Assembly: GCA_973895155.1 (NCBI GenBank)
Contig: OZ316893.1
Span: forward strand, 2,500,430-2,564,429
Source: Marsupella aquatica
Lineage: Eukaryota > Plantae > Marchantiophyta
Length of the DNA: 64,000 bases
Direction: 5' to 3'
Shown piece after piece: positions 9,407-21,754 of this stretch (positions are counted from its first letter, which is position 1; each line of letters opens with the position of its first letter). The notes beneath the pieces were generated by a model that was given only the letters and a program-made list of their open reading frames with translations, was not told the DNA's origin and searched no databases. Both the position numbers and the translations under genes were made by a program.

Positions 9407-12400
9407 CTATTTCAACTCATCAGGTAAGAGACTTGATAGTCCAGTGAGATCCTTTACTTCTTCGTTCTTGTCACCGTAAATTTCAAATGTGACATTTGGC
9501 TTGGAAGCTCCATCAATACAGGCCGACACAACAGTTGCAACATCCCGACGGGGCATGCTCCCCATGCCTGTGTCACCTGCACCCTCATCAATGAACATTA
9601 TTAGAACACTGGGTCCCAAATCAGCCCTACTCTGGTTCCATCTCGCCCATTATTTAGATGTTAGTACAGACTATAATCCAAGAAACAGTAAGTTGACCTG
9701 CTGAAACGGGAATATCTGCCTCAACCTCTTTACCCCATAGCTATGTCACTTCAACGATTCATCCTCTAATTTTCCCAGATCTTCTGAATAAACGACTCGA
9801 CTTTAGAGTTGATTAGACACAAATTTGCTCTTGACTATTAATATCCTGCCTGTGAGCAAACTCTACCTTAGTACAAAACCATACTCTTTTAGGTGCATTT
9901 GGAAGTCCACTTATGTCTCACACTGAAGTAATCACACCATGCGGTGAGAGGTCTCTTGTGATCTCAATGGGTACCTTCCTGAAATTTGTGCAAAAACAAC
10001 TGCATTTATATCGACATCATATATTTCTCATTTTCCACCAAACTCTTCATTAATTTCATTACGAGGTCCACTTTACCCGTTCTTCAGATCAGAGCAAATT
10101 TTCACAAAGCGGTCACCTAGACGATGAGATGCTCTACCTTGCTCGATGCGAATCCCGCTTTTGCCACCTTCATTGTTGTTAAGACCCCCAGGCCTCACAA
10201 TATAGTAAGCGAGATCGTCATGAGTTGTGTACTCCTTTCGCAAAGCCTTCTCTGCCTACATTTGCCATCATATGTCGATCAATAAAAAATTCTCAGTCTA
10301 GCGTATCTTCGAGCAGTAGCTAGCTGTGCATCATTTCACTGGGGCCAAAAGGTCCCCTTGAACCTAAGCCTTCGCTTGGTTATGCTGACCTCTAAGATTT
10401 GGCATTGTGGCCATGACAGTATGATGACCGCAAGAGAACCAAACATGAGGGCTTAGACATTCAGTAATAATAATAATAATAATAATAAATTATTATTATT
10501 ATATCTTCCGTAATATTTCCCATAGAAATGAAGCTCAACGTCAAATAGAGTGGCCGGATGCAGTTCTAGAATTTTCATATAGAGGCCTTTTGTTCACAAC
10601 CATGGCCCTTGCACTCAGCATGTGATTGCACGAACACTGACAAGAAATCAGACAGACTAAATGACCGAAAGATTACCTCCAGTTTCCAGTGCAGCACTCT
10701 CCCAAAACATGTATTTAGCAAGATAGCAATGACAGAGAATGGTCTAGTGACAGCTATTGAAGACACGTAGACAAACTTTGGAACCTGCGTTAAATAATCA
10801 GCCACATCATGGATGATCAGAATCCCAGAAGAAGTTATAAGGCAACGATTCAGTTAAAGGCAAGCAGAAAAATGTAGAGCCCTCGAAAATTATCAAAAAC
10901 GAAGCTCGTAACAATGCATTCAAGTTTCGTCAGATATCAGCGACACATCCACTTGGTGCATTTCAAGCAAACCTGCGAAAATTATTTTTTATAAGATGAC
11001 AGAGTAGAAGGCATTGTAAAGCTAATCTGCGTCTTTGCCAGGAATTCTCCACCAAAGCATCTACTGGATTGAATATTGCCGTTTAACTTTCTGACTTTAG
11101 AATTCAAAAAGAGATATGTGGAGTGCGCCTTACTTTTGCCGTAACAGCTGCTTCAATAAGATTCTTTGAACCTAAGTAGTCAACGTACTTCGGGGTATTC
11201 TGGTTCCACCCGGGTAATCTCCACCCTGCTCGAGCACCAACTGCACATACCACAGCATCCACGCCCTGGCAAGCTGGCACCAAAGTCTCCTCCTTGGTGA
11301 TATCCCCGTGGACAAACTTTACCTTTGATGAGTCCGGGCCTGCGTCAAACAAAGGAATTGATTGCCTGTCAAGCCTTATTTGCACCTTATGCAAGTGCCT
11401 TGGTCCTCATTTCCTGGATATGGAAGTATCACCGCAGCACTAGATATCCTCCACCTTCAAACTATTCGAGACAGAGAACTTCGTAGAGCATCTCTCTGTT
11501 TCGAACTCTTTACTGATGGTTCAGTGTTGGGGTTTAAGGTTGGACTAATAGTCGTATTTGTTCATTTCATGCTCAACACTGTCACCTGCAAATGCTTAGG
11601 GAGCCGATGTCTCAGAAATCGATTCAATCTGTGTAGCGTGGATCATGTTAACTTGGTTGTTTTAGAGGTTGAGGGTTTAGAGGTTGCCATGGCCAAGCAT
11701 TCGACATGATGACCCACGAAACAAAATTAAGATGAAATGTGAGACTTGCGTTCCGGCCACTAGATTTTCTGAAGAGAATACCCAGCTCGACACCTCTAAG
11801 CTCTCATGCCCATTACAACAATACCATTTTCACCAATGAGGCTCAAAAGACCCGCACTTAATAAAGATTGAAACTGGGACAAGATTTGACTTCAACGGAC
11901 GCCTCTTCAAGCTTTCATTGTGACGGAAAGACAAAGAATGATCAAGTGGAGTACGCTTCCTGCAGGCTAGCTCACGACATGTGATAACACTATGTTGATC
12001 TGCTACTTTTTTAAATGGACATACTATTTCCTAATTTCCTCCACTCTCAAGCTGATGCCAGAAAGGAAACAAATGGGATTTTCTTGTGTGAATGGTACAC
12101 CAATTAGCTGAATGGCCACCAAAGGTAGTTCAGAGTACGTCAATAACTTTTGACGATGGTTTCCAAGCTTTCAAAAACTCCCACCCATGGCATTATGGGT
12201 AAACATTCGGTACCTCAGAGGTATCAAACAGTTGTGCTCTTATTACCCCATTCTTGTCCTAAAGTCTACAATGAAAATATTGAAAGCAAAATATGAGATT
12301 CTACTCCCCATAGGCTATAAGCTGCAATTCAGCTAACCAAGAGGTAAATCCTTCGTCGGAGAACAAAGACTCTCTAAAAGATCAATTTCTGTTTCAGAAG

Positions 12401-12724
12401 GTAAGGGAAGGATGTCAAAGCTTACCTATACTATTGCTTGCTCGTTCTTGACTACGGACGAGTGCAAGAACTTCATACTTATCCTCCGCTTCTAACAAAC
12501 TCTTCACTACCTGCTCAGGTTGAAGGGAAACATCAAACTTGTCATTGGTAGAGCAAACATAATAATGATTCAAAGCTACATCAGTTTATTCCATCTTAAA
12601 ACAGTTTCAATTACATGTATACAATAGAGGGCAGGTGTATGAAACCATACGGGCGCGGGTTTCAGCTTATCACCTGCAGACCTATTCCACTGCTGGCCCC
12701 TACAACAAGAACTTTCAACGTCAT
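9407..12724 (-). CDS. Atypical SDR / NAD(P)-binding Rossmann-fold protein (NAD(P)H-binding family), 6 exons, ~245 aa
   Basis: Exons 12674-12724, 12426-12510, 11134-11339, 10677-10784, 10138-10255 and 9407-9576 all have GT-AG boundaries and consistent phases (738 nt). Motifs include VLVVGASSGIG, ALVR, VHGDIT, VDYLGSKNLIEAA, FVYVSSIAV, IVRPGGL and RRDVA. Confidence 0.92.
10464..10502. repeat. (TAA)n microsatellite followed by inverted (TTA)n
   Basis: About eight TAA units followed by ATTATTATTATTAT, inside intron 4 of the SDR gene. Confidence 0.9.
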
Positions 12725-13551
12725 TGCTCCAATTTTGTGTCGCCTGTGATACTCTGCCGGATTAGCCAAAAACAAAACCACTCGTCAGAACAGAAATTCT
12801 ACATCACACTAAACACGTGGTCCACGATACGGGGACGAAAATTCCAAACCCTTTCAACTCCATTGAGATTAATGGCGCTTTTTTCAGATTCACACACGTC
12901 TAAGAGCTTAAACGGCAAATCAGGTACCTAATAATAACACTTTAAGAAGCTCACTGATCGCTCACGCCCCTTCGACTTCAACTTCAGTTACGTTTGTGCT
13001 CGCACCCAGTGGATGTGAAAGCTGCAAGTGTCGCTCGCCGGGGACCGTCAGCAGGAGTCGACAATTTGGTTAATGTGTAAACTATCCACATACGTTTCAA
13101 CAGGGCCGAGGATTATTTAAAAGCAGCTGGGTCAGGTGCAATCAGACATCTCTGCTGCGGATAAACATCAAGGCACGAATGCCGGCCTGAAAAGCCAGAG
13201 CTACCAAGCACAGCGTGTACGAAATCCCTTGGCTCTTGCAGCTTTGATGACCCAATCCAGGCATTACTTTGCTAGCAACTCAAATCGTTTTACTCATGAT
13301 CAGACCACCCAGCAAAGCATCATCCGCTTTCTGAAATCCCCCAGCCACGGCAGCCAATTCAGCATGACTTGAATCAGCGGTGCTGCTGCTGCTGCCTCTA
13401 CTCTTCACACCCACTCCAGCTCTCGCTTCTCCTAGACTCCGCCCCTGCATTTGTGACAAGTGCCCCCTCCCCTCCCCCACCCCTACATTACAAGTCGGCT
13501 CTCTCTAAGTGCACACCCCCTTCAAGAAGCTTCCCTTGTGTGCATTTTAGG

Positions 13552-14322
13552 GGGCCATTACAAAAACCAGCAAAGGGGCACTAGTACTTTTTCCCGGACC
13601 CAATCGAGTGGACCAGGTTTGAGCCTAAGAGCCGACTTGCATCCTGAAGAATGCGGCCCTGAACCTGACTCATCTACCTTATAAAGCGCCAACTACAAGC
13701 TAGAGTTGGGACCTAGGCTCCTAGAGTGAAGCCTCTAGACCATAACTCCATGGCTCATCATGTGGATGGGAAAAATCATAACCATGATGTGTGTCCACTA
13801 ATAAACATGTATGTCATTTATCATGATTTATGTTTACATTAAAAAATGGACTTTATGGTCACCATAACATATGTACCTAGAAAGAAGGAAAGAGTATGGT
13901 ATGTTATATATGATTACTAAAATGATTACATGCATGATGGTTTTTTTTATCAATTTATTAGCCTTCAAAGAACATGAATAAAGAATATATTTTGGTGACA
14001 TTTTTATTGTCCTCCCCGCTATTCATGTTCAAAGAACGGGTAGTCAGGGCTAGTCCTAGCATATAAGTGAGCGAGAGTTACATGCATGAAGGGCAAGGGC
14101 CATTATTTACAAAAACAAGCAAAGGGGCAGTAGTACTTTTCCCGGACCCAATAGAGTGGACCAGTTTTGAGCCTAAAAGCCGGCTAGCATGTGAGTGGCC
14201 TGGAGAATGCGGCCCTGAACCTGACTCATCTTAGCGGATAAGTGAGCGAGAGTTACGTGCATGAACCCCCTCCTATGCTAGGTCTGACAGCAAAGATTTT
14301 AGAGTTTGAAGGGCAAGGGCCA
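13552..14322. repeat. Mosaic direct repeats (~130 bp at ~13552-13677 and ~14097-14231, plus shorter duplications)
   Basis: AGCAAAGGGGCA.TAGTACTTTT..CCCGGACCCAAT.GAGTGGACCAG..TTGAGCCTAA and GAATGCGGCCCTGAACCTGACTCATC each occur twice. ATAAGTGAGCGAGAGTTAC occurs at ~14063 and ~14238. Confidence 0.8.
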
Positions 14323-15209
14323 GAAACTTTCCAGCCTTGACATCCCGACCTCAAACTTCATATTAAAAATAAATTGTGCCCTATATAAGTTTCGGGGGTA
14401 ATGATTGTGGGACTACATTTTTCCGATCATTGGGTGAGTTCTTAGGGCCGCAGTGTTGAGGGATTGCTACATGTGAGTTGGCTCTAAAATCTAGAGGGCC
14501 CTCATGGTTAAGCCGCTAAGACCTCTCTCAGCTCGACACATCCAACTCTCACTCCCCTGCTTACTTTCCTTCCTCTATTAGTTGATGTGGGCACTCTTCA
14601 CACAAGTTAATGCGACACACAAATAGCAAAATGACTCCTTCTGACTGAGTCATACCATGCACTTGCCATACAAACAGTACATCTCATACACAAGCTCTGC
14701 GAACTAAGCCGTGAGGCCAACTCTATTCAGCTCTTAGGCATGAGGAAACATGAATATACACAAGGTCACAGTATGACTAACCGAGAGCTTCTTTTACTAC
14801 TTGATCCCAACCCGGCTGGTGCAAACTAAAAACTTGCTAAAGAAGAGGCCCTGAGCTCCCCGCTGCCCAGGTACTTATCCTGGTAGTGGATCCGCCTAAT
14901 TTTTTGCAGCGTAAGCCTAATCTACCTAACAGTAATCTACTTGCCCGGATCTACCTATGTACAGCAAGGCAGGAGCACAAGTGTTGCTCCTACCAGTGGA
15001 ACCGCAATCCCACTAAGCTAAGTGGCAGGGCCGCTCCTGGTCCTGATCCTAATCCTAAACTTGGAGATCAGCGCCCGCCCTGCCCACTCACGCCTCCTAC
15101 CTCCACGTCCGCCCTTCCTAAAAGGAACGGCGCCCTTGCACCGTCACGACACCGGTGGTGGATCCTCAATGGACGCCCCCAACGCTTCCTCCTCAGCCAC
15201 GTAGGTTCA

Positions 15210-15236
15210 TTAGGGTTTAGGGTTTAGGGTTTAGGG
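15210..15236 (+). repeat. Short interstitial plant-type telomere repeat TTAGGG(TTTAGGG)3
   Basis: Read directly from the sequence, flanked by the 8-bp direct repeat GGTTCATT (15204-15211, 15235-15242). Confidence 0.9.
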
Positions 15237-18200
15237 TTCATTCTCTGACAGATTACCTGCCCTTGACTGTGTCAACTCTCCATCGGCCTGACTGGGTCCA
15301 CCATCGGCATCGGCATCGGCTCGAGAATCATTCTCGGCTACGGCCTCAGCCTCGGCTACGGTCTCCCCGGCCTGCTCAAGAGGCGGATTTGGGATACCGG
15401 CCTCATTACTGAGTAGTTTGGATTGGGCCGCACCATCCCCACCTTTGGTGATAGCGGGATCTATTGCCGTGTTCATGCCGGAGGTTGGTGTTGGGTCTAC
15501 CTCCTTGGTCACCACGGCCTGTGGAGTCGTATTACTCCTTGACCCTGAAGGTTTCCGTTTCTTCTTCTTTTCTGGTTCGGCAGCTGGTCCCTTCCCCTTC
15601 CCACTTACTTCCGGCACTGGTGCAGGTGGCGCGGCTTGTTCTCCGGCCAGTACCACTCCTGGTAACTTGGTTGCCCCAATTGGAGTTGGTCCTGATGAAG
15701 ACAAGCACTTAAATATGGCGGCTTGTTTCTTCAGCCGCTCTGTTTAGTTGTCGGCCCGCCGCTGTAGGTTCTCCATCTTCCTCGTGATTTCCTCCAACTT
15801 CTCCTGCGTCTCATCTAGGTCCTTACGTGCCTCCTCCAGCTCGTTTTTGGCTTCCTCCAATTCCCTGTGGGCTTCCTCCAGTTCTTTCTTCAAGGTAGCC
15901 CTCTCCTCCCGGGTTGCTCTTAGCTCCTTGTCGAGCTCTGCAATGATGACAGACTCCATCTGGTTCATCTTGGCGTAAGTCTGATCGAGCATCTCGTCCT
16001 TCTCCCGTAGGTCGGCCTTGAAGCTGGCCGTCAGGGACGCAAGCTCCTGCTGCAGTGCCATAATCCCTTGATAGGATTTCCCTAACTCGGCCTCCTTCTG
16101 CTCAAGGGCTCCGCGGATTTTCTCGAGCTCCCCTTTCAACGCCCATTCCTTTCTTTGGGTCTCCGCCATGGCCCGGTTATTGGCTGTTATGTGGGCCTCC
16201 TCTGCATTCCTCAGCTCTCGCTTCCACTTCTCCCTCTCTTTGATCGCGTCGGCCAATTCTCCCTGGGTCTGAGTCAGTTTATCCTTGATAATCTAATTAT
16301 CAGCCTGCGCGGTGTCCAACTGCCCCTGCATGATGTTCAGCTCATGCCGCTTAATCCGCAGTTCATCTTGGGCTTTCTTGGCCGCCCCTAGATCTTCAAT
16401 CTCGGCTTCCATCCTCCTAAGCCGCCGGATGACCTCGTCCTTCTTGCTTCTCTCTAAGGCCACCGCTTCTTCTAATTGGTGCTTCTCCAACTGCTCCCTA
16501 TGGAAAAAGGGTCCTACCTCCAACTCCTCCCCAAAGATGCCGAGCGCAAGTTCCCCACACATCTCACCATACTCCATGGCTCTATTCTTAGCGTAGGTGG
16601 AGTAAGTAGAAGTGATCGGCATTGCCCATCGCGGCCTCTGCTCCCAAGCCGTCTTGCGGATCTCTTCAATCGTGGCTAGAGGTTTGCTTCCTTTTTCGGC
16701 TAGCCGCCTGATGTCCTCCGGCCAATCTCCTCCTGGCAAATCCTTTTCCCTAGCCAGGGCTGCCTCCTCTTCCTGCCTGATTCGCTCCTGAAATTCCTGC
16801 GCCGTCTGTTTTATGCCGTCAAAGCTCGGGGGAGCAACATCTGGTGGGGGAGACTCAGGGTTACTCTGCTGGTTGGGGTCCCCTCGTACTACCCTTGGAA
16901 GTGTGGGGATAAACCGGCCAAAGGTCCTTACTCCTGGAACGTGATGGTCCGACCCATAGCCGGAGTTATCATGGCTGCAGTACTCCACTGCCTCCTCTAC
17001 TTCTTGGACTTCCGGCTTCTCCCTCTCCTCTTCGTCGGTAGGAGCTTCAGGCAATTCTGCCTCAGATTCAGAGCTTGAGACTCCCACGTACATTCGAACA
17101 CCCGGCTTGGATTTTGGCCTGATTCTCTCCTTATTTCCGGTAAAGGGGTTTTCCCTTCTAAGTCTGCTTAGGTTGACCTCTGGGGCAGTGTCCTGCATTG
17201 TTGCCATTGTCGTTGTCATTGCCGATGTCGATCTCTTTTCTTTCTCCAGTAGTTTCAACAGATTCTGCATGCCTGGTTGCTGCATCGGCAAGTCTTCCTT
17301 CCTTGGCCTAAACACCTGCTCAATCGTAGGGCTAACAGGTGGTTGAGGCTTCTCTGCTACCGGCCTCGGTGCTGGAGCTTCCTCGGGTGTCCTTACCTGC
17401 AGGGGAAGTACTGGGGCAAAGGTCTGACCTCTGGCATACCGGCACAACAGCGGCATGTGATAGCCAAGCCGCGACATGCTCCCCATGCCGATTACCTGCT
17501 GCTCCTCCTTTAAGATCTTCTTCAATTGGTTGAGGAGGTACCCGTTGTAGTCCCGGCTTGAGTCTGGCCTCTCTGCCAGATAGACCTGTGCCTTGCCGAT
17601 CTCTGCCCTCGGCAAGTTACAGTGCATGGTCACCCGCAAGAAGTCGATCATCTCTCCTATGTGCGGGTTGGTGCAGGTGTTCCGGAAGAAGCCATTCTTC
17701 GTTGATGGCCCGGGGAACGACCGGAACTCCTTGTCAGGCAAGGTCTTCCTAGTATCAACTTTGGTCTTATTGCCTATCGGCAAGCCAAACACTTCGGCAA
17801 TCACCTTGGGAGTAAGATAGAAATCCTTCCCATATATCCTCGTGCAATTGGTCTCGGGTTCCCATGACCCCACGAATTCTAATAGGTCTGAATCCGGTAC
17901 CTCCGGCTTCAGCCATGGTAATCTTACAAAGGCCTCTAAGCCGGATCCGGCCATGAAGCCTTGGTACTTCTTGGTCTGCATGGCCATAAAGCATGCATCC
18001 TCCTCCCGTGCAAAATGTAGTTGCACCTCCACCGGTATGGTTGCCGCCCAGCCTTTCCAGGTGTCATCCCTGGTTGGAATGGCATTAATGGGATCGACCT
18101 CCTCCACTTCGGCTTCTCCCTGCCTCCTGCTCTGCTGCTCGGCTGGCTTCTTTGGTGCCGCCGACCTCGTTCTTTTTGCCGGGTGGTTTCATCGTTGACG

Positions 18201-18832
18201 GCTCCCTTCCTCTTCATCTCTGCTGCCGTGGAGGTTTCTCCTAGCACCGTTGCCTGGGTCCACCTTTCCGTGCTACCCTTCAATTCCCAGTGTATGTCGT
18301 TGCAATTCTTGATGGCCTCCCGAATGCCGATGATTCTGTCTTCGCAAAACAGAAGATCGTCGAGCTGATTGGAAGTAGGAGTCCACAAGAACTCGTCCTT
18401 GATGAGTTTGCCTCCTAAGAAAGCCGTCTTCTGCAGCTCCCACAATTGAGCGAGCTCCTGCCGTTCTCGAGCTGCCCTTTCTGATTCTTCGTCCTCGTAA
18501 GTCTTGATGTACTCAGTTGCCCGTTCGAACAGGCATCCCCAGAAATGTGCCGCTTGATTGACGTTGCTCATACCCTCCTTAGGTCGATCGTCGGTATCTA
18601 CTCTCTCCCCGAGTGCTTGCCTAAGCAGCTGACAGTAGTTGGCCTCCCGTAGTCGTCTGCCTAGTTCGTGCTCGCAAATGAGCCACCATCTCCTGCAAGC
18701 GCTCCTTACCCCTCTCCTCTTCCGGTCCTTCCTCCCGTTGATCCTTCCTAGCCGCCGACGCTTAGCGCGCCCTAACCCTAATCGAGTTCTCACCCCCAGC
18801 GTCCTTACCTCCGGCCTCGGCCCGGGTTCCAT
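15231..18832 (-). pseudogene. Disrupted ~1200-codon retroelement accessory ORF (plant-transposon-protein-like domain + long coiled coil)
   Basis: ORFs 17936-18832, 16293-18107, 15744-16256 and 15231-15704 join through one frameshift near 18190 and two in-frame stops (TAG 16293-16295, TAA 15744-15746). LLEFVGSW...IYGKDFYLTPKVIAEVFGLP resembles accessory ORFs of large Ty3/gypsy elements. A heptad coiled coil follows. The region is GC-rich and intronless. Confidence 0.7.
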
Positions 18833-18945
18833 AGTCGCCCCTAATTGTTTATATTTTCCTTGTTTTGTCCCTATACTAAGGTGTTTCTAGGGTGCATTCC
18901 TGCTTTACCCACTTAACTGGCCGAGTGATTCCTGGCTAGGCATCA

Positions 18946-19223
18946 CAGTCAAATTCTCAGGACTTCTTTCATACATTGTACATCCCTGCCCTAAACAGGA
19001 TCCCTACCTTCTAAGTGCAATTTGTGCTTCATACATCAAAATGATGTGCCCTTATCAATAAGTGCAAGTTGGAGGAATTGTGCGCTTAAACACTTATAGA
19101 AGGTTTGCACTTATATATTTGTCCTTATGTGCATCCCTCTTTGAACTTACCAAAATTCCCTTAGAAGTACAAAATGTTCTGGGAAAGAGGGAACAACTGA
19201 GTGCCATCTGAGAGATCTGACTG
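18946..19223. mobile_element. Tc1/mariner(pogo)-like MITE, ~280 bp
   Basis: The left end CAGTCAAATTCTCAG matches the reverse complement of the right end, CAGTCAGATCTCTCAG. TA follows the right end; CA precedes the left. Internal TAAGTGCA motifs are present. Confidence 0.55.
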
Positions 19224-19899
19224 TACACTGTTTGCTATACTTAGCATTACTACCTTTAATGTAAACATTGTGAGATATTAATATGTGAGTAGAGAAGTTT
19301 TAGAGCTCAATAACACTAATTATGGAACTTACTAACCTAACACTAAAATCAATGATTCTTATAAATTGACATAATAGAAATTTTTATGAATGAATGATTA
19401 ATGTGAATGAAACAATTTAATTAGGCTCTCGTGATTTGTTAAAGTTTATGTCCATCTTATTCCCCAAGAATTTACTCTTTCCCATAACATTTTCAGTCCC
19501 ACACTTGCCTCAGCTCCCACTTGCAGAGCTCCTGCACCCTTTACCAAAGCCCCCGCCAAGAGCCTTCTTTGATGCACGGGATCCCAATAGACACGGGATG
19601 GCTCGCCAAGAGATCCTAAGCGGTATACTTTTTAGCACTCAAGCAGAGTGGGAATGCCAAACTTCCCTGGTTTGGGGGCTTGGGGTAGCTTTCCAAGAGA
19701 TCCTGAGCAGTGATCCGGAGTAGGAGTGTATTTTTAGTGCTCAAGCAAAGTAGTGGGAATGGCAAACTTCACCGGTGCAATCAGTTTTCTTCTAAATGAC
19801 AATAAGGGCAAAACCCTCCATAAGTGTATGTGTGCACATATGAGTACAAGCACAAATCCTGTGTGAAACTCTTATGTATAGCTGTATCCAGGTCATGTA

Positions 19900-20150
19900 C
19901 AGTAAATCTTGCAGATAGAGAGCAGAGAAGTCCAGCCTGAGGGGAGGTATGATAGTCCTGCCTGAGCACGAGGTAGCAACTTCTCAAGTGTGACAAGGGA
20001 CCGAGGCGTGATGAATTATTATTGACACTGTTGAGGCATGAATAAGTGCAAAGTCAGAGAAATTGCACTTATCATGTACTAGTGCAAACCAGATATAAGT
20101 GCAAGGCTTGAGCTTCTTCCCAAGCATGTGCACTTGGAGAGTGGTGACTG
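19900..20150. mobile_element. Related degenerate MITE copy
   Basis: TA|CAGTAAATC...GTGACTG|TA ends, with multiple TAAGTGCA/TGCACTT motifs as in 18946-19223. Confidence 0.35.
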
Positions 20151-20839
20151 TATTGACATTTCAGTAATTGCAACCAATAAGTTACTCGACTTACAAACCC
20201 AATAGGGTGGTCATGAATCCAATGTCGCAATTACAATGTTGAGCTGAGGGACTTGCATTAATTAGGTGGTTGCAAAACCTTCCATTATGAAGTCACATGT
20301 CAAAATCTGCCGCTGAAAATCTCAAATTGGCTTCCCAAAACAATATTGGGATTGCTCTGCTAATCTGGGGAAAGAAGCCTTGAATAGTTGTTTGGATTCT
20401 AAATGATACTGTGGCAAATTCACTCTAGATATCAGCAGTAGAAACACACCTCAAGAAGTTGCAAGACAAAGTTTGATACAACCAAAACCTTTCTCATAGG
20501 GCTCTTTGTATCTGTGCTTCTGTTTTATTCCCGTGAAAGCAGGAGCTGAAAGTCCATGGTGCAGGAACTACTAAGGGAACTATAAGGGAATTTCATGGAT
20601 GACCTGTCGGCAAGCTTGACTACATGAGACCAATTTGGGAAACATGTGATGCCCTAAACGGCATGTGCAAAGGTTATTTCAGAGTACAAAGCACTACTTT
20701 GTCTCTCACTTGATCAGTTGCCTTTTGAGGCTCCGATGGACAGAATGAACAATAACAATTCGATGAAATCATATGAACCATCCTCTACAATGATTGAAAA
20801 CAATAACTGAGATGTATGACCCAGTTAAACTAACTTCTA

Positions 20840-21754
20840 TTAATAGCACATATGGTCTCCAACAATGTTAGTAGGTTTGGGTCGCATCAACACAGGGCAA
20901 CGAGGAGGCAACTTCCGATTGATGAAATCAGTAGTGTATGTGCTCTCCCCCTTGAATTTGCTGTCCCCAGAGATTGGCCCATCTCTTCTCACTGCACGAA
21001 TTGGTCTACTCATTTGCCAAGCACGATAACTATCATGGTAAGTGGTGTCTCCATCAAACTTGGCTCCACTACTGCCAAGAGAGCAATCATACTTAATTGG
21101 CAGTGTTTTACCACACAACGGTTTGGGACCATAGTCAGTAGCATGGGTGGTGATCCCACAAAATGGTCCGGTTGAAACAGGTTTGACTTCCTTATTCCTC
21201 ACCCATTTAGTCATGTTCTTAGACTTGTCCACATAATCACAATTATAGGTTGTCAAGTCATCAAAAGCTCCAGTGTTATTTGTTGTCATAGGAGGTTTGA
21301 AGGGAGTGCGCATTGCCATGGGCCATTTAATATAGTCAGTGTCATATGTAGTATCATCACAAAACTTTGCACCACTGTTTGTGGTTGGAGGCTCCTTGCG
21401 TATGTACCGAGGACCCAATGGGTGCCTTCGATACCGATCAAAGTACTCTGTGTTACCATCAAACTGCTGCCCCATTGGCATGTTCCCAGCAAGTGATGGT
21501 CCTGCTTGAGCATGGATGTGTTTGGCAGCAATCTCTTTCTTATTGTAGTCAGTATCATATGTTGTGTCATCACAAAATTTGGCATCACCAAACTTGGTTG
21601 GCATTACTTCTCTTTTGAATTTGGGGCCTATGGGCCATGCAGGGTACTTATGGATGTACTCTGAAATGGTGTTTGTATCATAGTGGCTGTTGAGAGAGGT
21701 ATGCTTTGTGGGGCATCTGTGCATACCACATTGGCAAGTTGTGCACACGCACAT
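20840..21754 (-). CDS. SAXO1/FAM154-like stabilizer of axonemal microtubules (STOP/Mn-repeat protein, 304 aa)
   Basis: The N-terminal CxCxxCxCGxHxCP motif (CVCTTCQCGMHRCP) is followed by ~8 F-x-x-x-[TS]-[TE]-Y-x-x-x-[YF]-type repeats spaced ~33-35 aa apart (FCDDTTYDTDY, FDGNTEYFDRY, FKGESTYTTDF). The CDS is a single exon; an acceptor-like CTGCAG sits just upstream of the ATG. Confidence 0.82.
   Translation of the reverse strand: MCVCTTCQCGMHRCPTKHTSLNSHYDTNTISEYIHKYPAWPIGPKFKREVMPTKFGDAKFCDDTTYDTDYNKKEIAAKHIHAQAGPSLAGNMPMGQQFDGNTEYFDRYRRHPLGPRYIRKEPPTTNSGAKFCDDTTYDTDYIKWPMAMRTPFKPPMTTNNTGAFDDLTTYNCDYVDKSKNMTKWVRNKEVKPVSTGPFCGITTHATDYGPKPLCGKTLPIKYDCSLGSSGAKFDGDTTYHDSYRAWQMSRPIRAVRRDGPISGDSKFKGESTYTTDFINRKLPPRCPVLMRPKPTNIVGDHMCY

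Noticed and set aside
11465-11504. 13-bp imperfect inverted repeat in intron 2 of the SDR gene
   Set aside because: Too short for a miRNA precursor, and no snoRNA boxes could be placed convincingly.
15744-16295. Programmed stop-codon readthrough at the two ADN-stop sites
   Set aside because: No CARYYA readthrough context. C>T decay of Gln codons plus a separate frameshift is the simpler explanation.
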